A DNA stretch of 48,366 nucleotides, taken from the NCBI GenBank assembly GCA_030612495.1, contig JAUWNT010000001.1, forward strand, positions 1 to 48,366, written 5' to 3'. Position 1 is the first letter of the stretch. Each line of letters starts with the position of its first letter. The DNA is from Candidatus Aminicenantes bacterium (lineage in GTDB: Bacteria; Acidobacteriota; Aminicenantia; UBA2199). Below, piece by piece: positions 16,517 to 24,274 of the stretch. A model generated the notes under the pieces. The model was not told the origin of the DNA, did not search any database, and was given only the letters and a program-made list of their open reading frames with translations. Position numbers and translations under genes: made by a program.

Positions 16517-17458
16517 ATGTCTCGATTGATCTTTATATTTCTTGATGGGGTTGGAATTGGAAAACCATTAAAATCCAATCCTTTTTATGCAGCAAGAACA
16601 GAATTTCTACCTTTTTATAACGATTACAGTGTCTTGCCTGATAAAACACCAATTAAAGCAATAGATCCTTTACTCGGAATTGATGGAGTCCCACAAAGTG
16701 CAACAGGGCAAACATCTCTTTACACTGGGAAAAATGTTCCTGCAATATTAAATAAACACAAGGGGAGTTTTCCTGACAAAACAATGAGAAGATTCATAAA
16801 GCAAAAAAACATATTTTCTTCTTTGAAGAATAAAAATCTCAAAACCAATTTTCTTAATGCATATCCAGTATATTCTAGGTTTTTCACAAATCAGCATATA
16901 AGAATAAATAATGATGGTGGATTTTTCTTCTCTGATGAGTTTCCACATATATTCAAAAAAAGAATTTCAACTACTTCATGTATAATGATTTCAAATGGTT
17001 TAATTCCATTTGATGAAAAAGACATTATAAATGAAAGATCAATATATCAGGATTTCACAAATAATTCTTTAATTGAAAAAGGATTAAATGTACCTGCATT
17101 TACTTCAGAAAAAGCAGCGCAAATCATATATAATAGCTCAAAAGGCTTTGATTTTGTTTTATACGAATATTTTCAAACCGACATATATGCTCATAGGCAT
17201 TCTATTAATGATTGTATATCTCTACTAAAAAAGTTAAACAAATTGATTGGAAAATTAATAACATTGTTAGATAAAAATAAAGATACTCTACTTATAACCA
17301 GTGATCATGGAAATATAGAAAATTGCTTAACAAGAGCTCATACTTTAAACCCAGTCCCTTTAATAGTGTGGGGAAATAAAAGTGATAAATTAAGAAATCG
17401 GATAAAAAGTCTCGTTGATGTAACACCAGCAATAGAAGAATTCTTTGACATCAATTAA
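16517..17458 (+). CDS. Metalloenzyme-superfamily (cofactor-independent phosphoglycerate mutase / phosphopentomutase-like, alkaline phosphatase fold) protein
   Basis: IFIFLDGVGIG (metal-binding D), PQSATGQTSLYTG (nucleophile region), TDIYAH, TSDHGNIE. Confidence 0.65.
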   Translation: MSRLIFIFLDGVGIGKPLKSNPFYAARTEFLPFYNDYSVLPDKTPIKAIDPLLGIDGVPQSATGQTSLYTGKNVPAILNKHKGSFPDKTMRRFIKQKNIFSSLKNKNLKTNFLNAYPVYSRFFTNQHIRINNDGGFFFSDEFPHIFKKRISTTSCIMISNGLIPFDEKDIINERSIYQDFTNNSLIEKGLNVPAFTSEKAAQIIYNSSKGFDFVLYEYFQTDIYAHRHSINDCISLLKKLNKLIGKLITLLDKNKDTLLITSDHGNIENCLTRAHTLNPVPLIVWGNKSDKLRNRIKSLVDVTPAIEEFFDIN

Positions 17459-17520
17459 GTGTCTTGATTAAAGAAAGTTGACAGAAAAAAAGTAATGAAT
17501 GAGTATAAAAAGTAAGCTGA

Positions 17521-17580
17521 TTTCGTAAAAACAAGTAAAGATATTGATTTAATTTACTTAATATAGCGATTTTTACGAAA
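17521..17580. repeat. Nested inverted repeat / extended hairpin in the non-coding stretch upstream of the accessory module
   Basis: Outer arms tttcgtaaaaa (17521-17531) and tttttacgaaa (17570-17580) are perfect reverse complements. Inner arms aagtaaa (17533-17539) and tttactt (17553-17559) are too. Confidence 0.6.
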
Positions 17581-17734
17581 GGTGAGTATAGTGTTCAGAA
17601 AAAATGACCTAAAACACTGCTTTTAAAGGGTTATGAGACAGCCACGAAGACTTGCTCCTTCTTATAAAATTGATGTTGTATTAGGTTGAAAATTATCTGA
17701 AATTAAATATAAAAAAATAATTATAGTTATCATG

Positions 17735-17763
17735 TTGACAAAAGTTGAAATTAATGTTATCTT
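17735..17763 (+). promoter_or_regulatory. Candidate promoter of the XRE-ImmA operon with GTTGAAA-type repeat inside the spacer
   Basis: TTGACA (17735-17740), 17-nt spacer containing GTTGAAATTAA (17744-17754), TATCTT (17758-17763). AAGGAGGA SD, then ATG at 17791. A near copy, GTTGAAAATTA, lies at 17685-17695. Confidence 0.4.
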
Positions 17764-17790
17764 TATTATAGATAAAAAAAGGAGGACAAT

Positions 17791-18969
17791 ATGGCCCATG
17801 AAAAGGGTTTTGAAAACATAGCCAATAATCTGCGCAAATTCAGAGAAGCCAAAGGCCTGTCTCAGGAAGAGCTGGCAAAAAGGGTTGGAATTTCGCGGGT
17901 TGGTTATCGAAAAATTGAAACTCAAATATCATTGCCCAGAGTGTCTACTTTAAAAGCATTAGCTGAAGCACTTTCAATAAATATTCAAGACCTGGTTACT
18001 CAAGTCAACCAACTTAAACATGTTCGGTTTCGATCACAGGGAAATATGAACAATAGAAAAGTAATATTAGATGAAATTAGCAAAAAACTTGAAGTTTACA
18101 ATGATCTAGAAGAAATTTTGGATGATCATATTGCAAGCAAGATTAAGCAGTCAATCAGTAATAAAGAATTTATTAAACTTAAGAATAAACCAAAAGAAGC
18201 TGCTGCCAAAGTAAGGGGACTTTTCTCTCTGGACAAAAAAGAGCCAATCCACAACATTTGTGGCCTATTGGAATCAGAGGGCATCAAGGTAATTTCAATT
18301 AGAAGAACTTCAAACAATTTTTTTGGTCTTTCGGTTTCTGAGAAAGATGGAGGGCCTGCGGTTGTGGTTAATATCTGGGAACGAATTTCTGTTGAACGGT
18401 GGATCTTTACTGCCGTTCACGAATTGGCCCATTTGCTTTTTCATCTTAGTGCTTTTGATGTACGCGAGATCAAGGAAAATGAGGCGGAAGAAAAAGAAGC
18501 AAACGAATTTGCTTCACATTTTTTAATGCCTGATGAAGTGTTTGATAGGGAATGGAGACAATCATCAGGAATGCTCTTTGTTGATCAAGTGCTAAAAATT
18601 AAAAGAATTTTTAAAGTGAGCTATAAAACTGTTCTCTATCGAATCCAGAAAAAGTATAGGGGAATAAATCCTTGGCAATTATTTCACCAAGGTTATAAAC
18701 AAAAAACTAACAAATCGCTAACCTCTATAGAAGAGCCGGATAGCCTCCCCAACAGTGCATATTGGAAAAGTTTTCCGGAAAGTGCCAAAGCACAAGAACC
18801 AGATGATCTTTCTCCTCGTGATTTTTATGGAGAAAGGCTGGGAGCACTAGTAAGGGATGCCCTTAAATTAGGGAAGATCACTCTGTCAAGAGGAGCTGAA
18901 ATCTTAGGACATGATCTTATGGAAATGAGGGAAATTGCCAAAGATTGGGCAGCAAGTGGGGAGAAATAA
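17791..18969 (+). CDS. XRE-family HTH + ImmA/IrrE (COG2856) zinc metallopeptidase fusion with C-terminal UPF0175-like antitoxin-type tail
   Basis: N-terminal HTH: LRKFREAKGLSQEELAKRVGISRVGYRKIETQISLPRVSTLKALAEAL. HEXXH at AVHELAHLLFH, followed by EEKEANEFASHFLMP. The C-terminal ALKLGKITLSRGAEILGHDLMEMREIAKDW resembles the GK(L/I)S.G.AAE(L)(A/L)G.S..EF motif of UPF0175 proteins. This match is from memory and was not searched. Confidence 0.8.
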   Translation: MAHEKGFENIANNLRKFREAKGLSQEELAKRVGISRVGYRKIETQISLPRVSTLKALAEALSINIQDLVTQVNQLKHVRFRSQGNMNNRKVILDEISKKLEVYNDLEEILDDHIASKIKQSISNKEFIKLKNKPKEAAAKVRGLFSLDKKEPIHNICGLLESEGIKVISIRRTSNNFFGLSVSEKDGGPAVVVNIWERISVERWIFTAVHELAHLLFHLSAFDVREIKENEAEEKEANEFASHFLMPDEVFDREWRQSSGMLFVDQVLKIKRIFKVSYKTVLYRIQKKYRGINPWQLFHQGYKQKTNKSLTSIEEPDSLPNSAYWKSFPESAKAQEPDDLSPRDFYGERLGALVRDALKLGKITLSRGAEILGHDLMEMREIAKDWAASGEK

Positions 18970-18972
18970 TGT

Positions 18973-19491
18973 GTGACTGATTTCACAGATGTTTATCTAG
19001 TTGATGCAAATGTTTTAATAGATTATTTAAGTTCAGATATTTCTATTCTTACGATTTATTCAAAGGAAATCGGGCAAATTTATGTGCCGACAGATGTCCT
19101 TGAAAAAGTGAAGCAAATGGATACTGGTGATTGCAATCGTCTTAATCTAAAAATTGTAGAACCAACGCTGGAACAATACTTGGAAGCTGCAGACAAAATA
19201 GGAGGGTTAGCTTTTGATGATCGGGTATGTTTTATTCTAGCAAGAGATAATAAATGGGATTGTATATCTAACGATAAACAATTGCGAGTTATTTGTGAGG
19301 AGAATGGGATTTCAGTGTTATGGGGATTAGAACTCATGTTACCTCTTGTAGAAAGGGATCTAATTAAACCACCTGAGGTATTACAAATAGCAAAAGGTAT
19401 CCACGAATCGAATCCTTTTTATGTTACTCAAACAATTTTAAAAAGATTCGAGACTAAGGTAAGTAAAATAACTAAAAAGAAAAAATCTTGA
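18973..19491 (+). CDS. PIN-like nuclease (DUF3368/COG2405-like), putative toxin
   Basis: GTG start 3 nt after the upstream stop. N-terminal VYLVDANVLIDYL. Further acidic positions at VLEKV, LAFDDR and ISNDKQLR. GISVLWGLELMLPLVERDLI resembles the G(T)LG.LL.A...G.I segment of DUF3368 PIN proteins. Confidence 0.6.
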   Translation: MTDFTDVYLVDANVLIDYLSSDISILTIYSKEIGQIYVPTDVLEKVKQMDTGDCNRLNLKIVEPTLEQYLEAADKIGGLAFDDRVCFILARDNKWDCISNDKQLRVICEENGISVLWGLELMLPLVERDLIKPPEVLQIAKGIHESNPFYVTQTILKRFETKVSKITKKKKS

Positions 19492-19503
19492 AGGAGGAAA
19501 GAA

Positions 19504-19688
19504 ATGGCTAATTTACAAAAACCCGGTGAAAATCCTGATAAACCGGGAGAATATATCGAACGTGGTCCAAGAGGTGGAGAAGTCACTGATCCCAGGCAAA
19601 AGTCACCATTGAGCCTGGAGATAAACCATTACCACCTACTCAAAAGCCAAATAGGACCTGGGAAAGAATTGGACGTCCAAAAAAATGA
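19504..19688 (+). pseudogene. YjzC-like small protein gene interrupted by a 1-nt frameshift in an A-run (restored product ~61 aa)
   Basis: Strong SD AAGGAGG lies 7 nt upstream of the ATG. Frame 1 gives MANLQKPGENPDKPGEYIERGPRGGEVTDPRQ. Shifting -1 at CAAAAG (19597-19602) gives KVTIEPGDKPLPPTQKPNRTWERIGRPKK, with a stop at 19686-19688, 11 nt before the next gene's ATG. The track's 75-aa reading instead ends in a low-complexity tail and overlaps the next gene by 32 nt. Confidence 0.55.
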
Positions 19689-19699
19689 GGGTTATTTAA

Positions 19700-20296
19700 A
19701 TGATTCAGAATTTTTTAAGTTTTTTAAATAATAATTCTAATCTTGTAATTGCAATAGCTACTGTGATTTATGTTGTTTTGACACTCATCATCATACGATC
19801 CAATAATCGGGTATTTAAATTAATGTGCAAAAAGTATGAGGAAGAATGGAGGCCATATATTCAAATAAAAACAATAAGTAGGAGCAGCTTAGCTATACTT
19901 TCCATTACAAATTGTGGGAAGACAATTGCTCACAATGTGAAATTCAAGATTGATAAAGACTTTCATCTTTTGGGAAATAGTTCAAAGGGCAAAATTAAGG
20001 ATCTAAACATCTTTAAGAATGGTATCAAACAATTTATTCCTGGTCAAGAATATTTGATAAATTTAGGTACATATCTCCAAATATTCAGTGAAGGCGACAC
20101 TTTACCTACATCATTCACAATAAAATGTACATATTCATATGATAATAAAAGCTATGACGAAGAAACTCTCATCGATTTTGAGCCAGAACTTTATACTTCT
20201 TGGAAAATTGATCCTATTGCTGAAAAGATTGGAAATTTAAACAAAACTATAGATAAGGTTGAGAATCATTTAAAGAAAATAATAATGGAAAAATAA
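19700..20296 (+). CDS. Orphan membrane-anchored hypothetical protein (one N-terminal TM helix + ~150-aa soluble domain)
   Basis: GAGG lies 9 nt upstream of the ATG. TM helix: LVIAIATVIYVVLTLIIIRS. The remainder shows beta-rich patterns (ILSITNCGKTIAHNVKFKI, FTIKCTYSYDN) and no recognisable family. Confidence 0.55.
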   Translation: MIQNFLSFLNNNSNLVIAIATVIYVVLTLIIIRSNNRVFKLMCKKYEEEWRPYIQIKTISRSSLAILSITNCGKTIAHNVKFKIDKDFHLLGNSSKGKIKDLNIFKNGIKQFIPGQEYLINLGTYLQIFSEGDTLPTSFTIKCTYSYDNKSYDEETLIDFEPELYTSWKIDPIAEKIGNLNKTIDKVENHLKKIIMEK

Positions 20297-20604
20297 GCTT
20301 TAGGATGCCCGGACCTCTGATCCAATTTCCTCATGGTAAGATCCTTTTATCAATATATTGAAACACCATAGGAAATTCCTTTTTTCATCTTAATGAAATA
20401 TTAGGAGAATTATTGTTCATTGTCAATAGATTTATGAAAAATTATGAACACATTCCTGAAAAAGGAGAAGAATGTTTAAAAAGCAAAAAAAAAGTATAAG
20501 GTTTTCTTGTGGACATAAATAGGGACAGAGACCATTTTCTTGACATTTAATTAAAATTGTATTAGAAATATACATTACAAGACATACATTTAATAACAAA
20601 AAAA

Positions 20605-21075
20605 ATGAAAAATAATAGATTTAAAATATACCTTGCTTCAGACCATGCTGGGTTTGAATTAAAGGAAGAAGTGAAGAGATATCTTATAAAAAAACAATAT
20701 AAAATAGAGGATCTGGGTACACACTCAAAAGAACCTGTAAACTGGGCTGAATATGGTGCAAAAGCTGCAGCCAAAATATCTGAAGACCCGGAAAATTCAA
20801 GAGCAATAAGCATTTGTGGTTCTGGGCTTGGCATGTCAATAGTCTCAAATAAATTTAAAAATGTAAGAGCAACCTTATGCAATAATGAATTTCTGGCAGA
20901 AATGAGCAGAAAGCACAACAATTCAAATATCCTAAATTTGGGAGCAAGAACCATTGATTTCGAAACTGCATTAAAAATCGTAAGTGTTTGGTTAAATACA
21001 GAATTTGAAGGAGGCAGACATCAAACAAGGCTTGATTATTTACAAAATATAATAGAAAATAATAATTTTAAATAA
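20605..21075 (+). CDS. rpiB: Ribose-5-phosphate isomerase B
   Basis: [40 protein letters not shown], and [14 protein letters not shown] are typical RpiB/LacAB motifs. Confidence 0.9.
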   Translation: MKNNRFKIYLASDHAGFELKEEVKRYLIKKQYKIEDLGTHSKEPVNWAEYGAKAAAKISEDPENSRAISICGSGLGMSIVSNKFKNVRATLCNNEFLAEMSRKHNNSNILNLGARTIDFETALKIVSVWLNTEFEGGRHQTRLDYLQNIIENNNFK

Positions 21076-21085
21076 GGAGTATACT

Positions 21086-22360
21086 ATGTTAGAAAAAGAT
21101 CTATATGAATTGGACCCAGAAGTAGCTGAAGCTGTTTTGAAAGAAACTATAAGGCAAAATGAAAATTTAGAATTGATTGCTTCCGAAAATTTTGTTCCAA
21201 ATGGAATCATGGAAGCTATGGGTTCTGTTCTCACAAATAAATATGCTGAAGGATACCCAAAAAGAAGATACTATGGAGGGTGTGAAAATGTAGACATAAC
21301 AGAAAAGCTTGCAATGGATAGAGCAAAAGAGCTATTCAGCGCTGAATATGCTAATGTACAACCCCATTCTGGGACTCAAGCAAATATGGGAGTTTATATG
21401 GCAGTTCTGCAACCAGGCGACACAATGTTCGGAATGAACCTTTCACATGGTGGACATTTATCTCACGGACACCCCCTAAATTTTACTGGAAAATTATACA
21501 ATGTTGTATTTTATGGAGTTGATAAAGAAACTGAAAGAATTGATTATGATGAACTCGAAAAATTGGCTTTGGAACATAAACCAAAACTGATCATGGCAGG
21601 AGCATCTGCATACCCAAGATTTTTTGATTTTGAAAGATTTAGAAAAATTGCTGATAAAGTAGGAGCAGTCCTTGTTTTTGATATGGCTCATGTTGCTGGA
21701 CTAATTGCTGCAGGTATTCACCCCTCACCTATTCCATATGCAGATTTTGTAACTTCAACAACACATAAAACATTAAGAGGACCAAGAGGTGGTTTCATAC
21801 TTTGTAAAAAAGAATTCCGAAAAGAGCTTAAAAAAGTCGTATTCCCAGGAATTCAAGGAGGGCCTTTAGAACATGTAATAGCTGCAAAAGCAGTATGTTT
21901 TAAACTTGCAATGGAAGATGAATTTAAGGAATATCAAAAACAGGTAGTTAAAAATGCAAAAGTTCTTGCACACGAACTAAATAATAAGGGTCTAAGGATT
22001 ATATCTGGCGGAACTGATAACCACTTAATGCTCGTTGATGTAACTTCCCTGAATATAACTGGAAAGGATGCTGAAACTGCACTTGATATAGCAGGAATTA
22101 CTGTAAATAAAAATACAATTCCATTTGACCAGAATCCACCTTTTATCTGCTCTGGAATAAGAATTGGAACTCCTTCAGTTACAACTAGAGGTATGAAAGA
22201 AGATGAAATGAAAGTAATAGCAGAACTTATTTTTGAAGCATTGAAAAATCATAACAATGAAGAAATTCTAAGATCAATCAAACACAAAGTAATTGACCTT
22301 ACCTCTTCTTTTCCAATTTATAAGGATATTATTGAAAAATACTCTATCAAATTTAAATAA
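21086..22360 (+). CDS. glyA: Serine hydroxymethyltransferase
   Basis: [51 protein letters not shown] (PLP lysine), [22 protein letters not shown]. Confidence 0.96.
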   Translation: MLEKDLYELDPEVAEAVLKETIRQNENLELIASENFVPNGIMEAMGSVLTNKYAEGYPKRRYYGGCENVDITEKLAMDRAKELFSAEYANVQPHSGTQANMGVYMAVLQPGDTMFGMNLSHGGHLSHGHPLNFTGKLYNVVFYGVDKETERIDYDELEKLALEHKPKLIMAGASAYPRFFDFERFRKIADKVGAVLVFDMAHVAGLIAAGIHPSPIPYADFVTSTTHKTLRGPRGGFILCKKEFRKELKKVVFPGIQGGPLEHVIAAKAVCFKLAMEDEFKEYQKQVVKNAKVLAHELNNKGLRIISGGTDNHLMLVDVTSLNITGKDAETALDIAGITVNKNTIPFDQNPPFICSGIRIGTPSVTTRGMKEDEMKVIAELIFEALKNHNNEEILRSIKHKVIDLTSSFPIYKDIIEKYSIKFK

Positions 22361-22415
22361 TAGTAAAACTTATTTCTGTAAATATACTGATTAAAACATT
22401 ACTCTAAAAGACTAT

Positions 22416-22751
22416 TTAAAGCCCCCCTATTCCTTCTGAAAATTCATTTATTCTGTTTTTTAGCTTATTAGCTCTTTCTCTAGTTGATTCTGAAGTAAGT
22501 TTCTCCTTTAGCTCTTCTAATTTTTCCTTAACCAGTTTAACTTTATCTATAGCATCATCTAAATCTGCTGTAGTATCCATACCACTTATGCCAGCACTAC
22601 GTTCTGCTTGGTGAAAATCCTTTATTGCGGAATTAAATTCATCTTCCAATACCTTAACTTCCTGTTCCTCTTCCGAAAGTGGAACAATGAAATGATTATA
22701 AGCAACAATTCCAATAACCATTATAATTATTAACCAGATTAATTTCTTCAT
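22416..22751 (-). CDS. Small membrane-anchored coiled-coil protein, hypothetical
   Basis: Start moved to the ATG that lies 6 nt after AAGGAG (MKKLIWLIIIMVIGIVAY...). The track start at 22793 is a GTG upstream of that SD. The rest is charged and helical. Confidence 0.5.
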   Translation of the reverse strand: MKKLIWLIIIMVIGIVAYNHFIVPLSEEEQEVKVLEDEFNSAIKDFHQAERSAGISGMDTTADLDDAIDKVKLVKEKLEELKEKLTSESTRERANKLKNRINEFSEGIGGL

Positions 22752-22947
22752 CTTCATCTCCTTTAAATAAATAATATCATATATTAAAACCACATGTAAA
22801 TAATCGTTTTTCTATTTTGAATATTATATGAAAATCACTTATAATTTGATTTTAATGTTTTTTACTTAGACTAAGAGACTAAGAACAACTAATAATATTT
22901 ATTTTTTTTGAATATTATAAATAAAATTATTTATAAAAGGAGATAAA

Positions 22948-23376
22948 ATGAATTCAAAAGTAGTTTGGAAAGACGGACTATCCTTTGAAGCAACTCTGGA
23001 TGGGTTTAAGTTTATGATTGATGCAAAAGAGGATGTTGGAGGCAAAAATAGGGGGCCAAGTCCAAAAGGTCTTATTCTAATTTCACTTGCTGGATGCACT
23101 GGAATGGATGTAATATCAATCTTAAAAAAGATGAGAGTTGATATTGATTCTTTTGAAGTTAAAACTGAGTCAGTTCTTTCAAAAGAACATCCAAAAAAAT
23201 ATTTAGCAATTCTTATAAAATATGTATTCGAAGGAAAAAATCTTTCTCTTGAAAAAATTAAAAAAGCAATCTTACTTTCAGAAGAAAAGTATTGTGGAGT
23301 TTCAGCAACTCTAAAGCTATCTGTTAAAATTGCAAATGAAATAATCATAAATGGGAAAAAAATTGAAGATAAATAA
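22948..23376 (+). CDS. OsmC/Ohr-family peroxiredoxin-like protein
   Basis: GGKNRGPSPKGLILISLAGCTGMDVISILKKMR and EEKYCGVSATL carry the two conserved Cys regions. AGGAGA SD. Confidence 0.8.
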   Translation: MNSKVVWKDGLSFEATLDGFKFMIDAKEDVGGKNRGPSPKGLILISLAGCTGMDVISILKKMRVDIDSFEVKTESVLSKEHPKKYLAILIKYVFEGKNLSLEKIKKAILLSEEKYCGVSATLKLSVKIANEIIINGKKIEDK

Positions 23377-24019
23377 CTCTTTACTGACTTTAAAAAAAAT
23401 TGAAAAATTCATAATTCCATTCAATCCACCAGTTTTTACTTTTGAAAGAAGTATTAGAAATACTCCATTCAGGATACTTATTTCTGTTCTACTAAGCTCA
23501 AGAACAAAAGACACAGTAACAAAAGATGCATCTAAAAAATTATTTAGTATTGCTGATACCCCTGAAAAAATGTTTAGAACCGGAGAACAAAAAATTAAAG
23601 AGTTGATCTACCCTGTGGGCTTTTATAAACGGAAAGCTAAAAACATATATGAAATTTGTAAAAAACTCATTCAAATAAAAAAAGTCCCGGATAATTTTAT
23701 AGAACTAACAAATCTTCCTGGAGTAGGAAGAAAAACAGCAAATCTTGTACTTGCACTTGCTTTTAATAAGCCTTCAATCGCAGTAGACACACATGTTTTC
23801 AGAATATCCAAAAGACTTGGCTGGGCAAATGGCGAAAAACCCGAAATTGTTGAGAAAGAGTTAAAAAAAATGTTCCCAGAAATATTTTGGAATAAAATCA
23901 ATCAAACTCTTGTCGGTTTTGGACAAACAGTATGTAAACCCCAAAATCCCTCATGTAATATATGCATCTTGGAAAAAGAGTGCCCGTATTACACCCTCAA
24001 AAGGATAAATAAAATATAA
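23351..24019 (+). CDS. nth: Endonuclease III (HhH-GPD, 4Fe-4S)
   Basis: LISVLLSSRTKD, LTNLPGVGRKTANLVLA, VDTHVFRISKRLG, and C-terminal CKPQNPSCNICILEKEC cluster. Overlaps the OsmC gene by 26 nt. Confidence 0.9.
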   Translation: MGKKLKINNSLLTLKKIEKFIIPFNPPVFTFERSIRNTPFRILISVLLSSRTKDTVTKDASKKLFSIADTPEKMFRTGEQKIKELIYPVGFYKRKAKNIYEICKKLIQIKKVPDNFIELTNLPGVGRKTANLVLALAFNKPSIAVDTHVFRISKRLGWANGEKPEIVEKELKKMFPEIFWNKINQTLVGFGQTVCKPQNPSCNICILEKECPYYTLKRINKI

Positions 24020-24057
24020 TCTATAGACTTTCTATTCAAAAAATATGTGTTCAAAGT

Positions 24058-24086
24058 AATAAGTGTATAATTATTATACACTTATT
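24058..24086. repeat. 29-bp perfect palindrome (14-bp arms, 1-nt centre)
   Basis: aataagtgtataat-t-attatacacttatt, checked base by base. Lies 39 nt after the nth stop and ~190 nt before the PilZ gene. Confidence 0.9.
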
Positions 24087-24274
24087 TGTATATTAACTTA
24101 CTAATGTTTTATAAATTTTCTTGATTAAACCAGAACATATATTCCGGAGAACTTCATATAATGTATTTGATTGGTATTATTTTTAAATAAATCTTTTTAA
24201 AGCAATATATTTAATAAATTGGAAAACATATTGCATATAAATATTATAGAATAATAGTTTTATTTGGAGGCAAA

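Noticed and set aside
19504-19731. The 75-aa zero-frame reading of the small gene, as given in the track
   Set aside because: Its C-terminal 43 residues look non-protein-like and overlap the next gene by 32 nt. The -1 frame gives a family-like sequence and clean gene spacing, so it is reported as a frameshifted gene instead.
17459-20604. Direct repeats (att-like) or an integrase, recombinase or tRNA at the borders of the accessory module
   Set aside because: I compared the two flanks by eye and found no shared repeat of 10 nt or more. There is no integrase gene or tRNA fragment. Mobility is therefore unproven and the region is called an insertion only tentatively.
22822-22947. Duplicated TTTTGAATATTATA boxes and the tandem GACTAAGA-GACTAAGA (22868-22883) upstream of the OsmC gene
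   Set aside because: The sequences are short and AT-rich, so they are compatible with chance or with two alternative promoters. Placing the TSS relative to the AGGAGA SD is ambiguous, so it was not called.
24020-24274. Possible c-di-GMP riboswitch (GEMM) upstream of the PilZ gene
   Set aside because: The region is extremely AT-rich and lacks the G/C-rich paired elements and conserved GGCAAACC/GCACG-type segments of GEMM-I/II. Only the 29-bp palindrome stands out.
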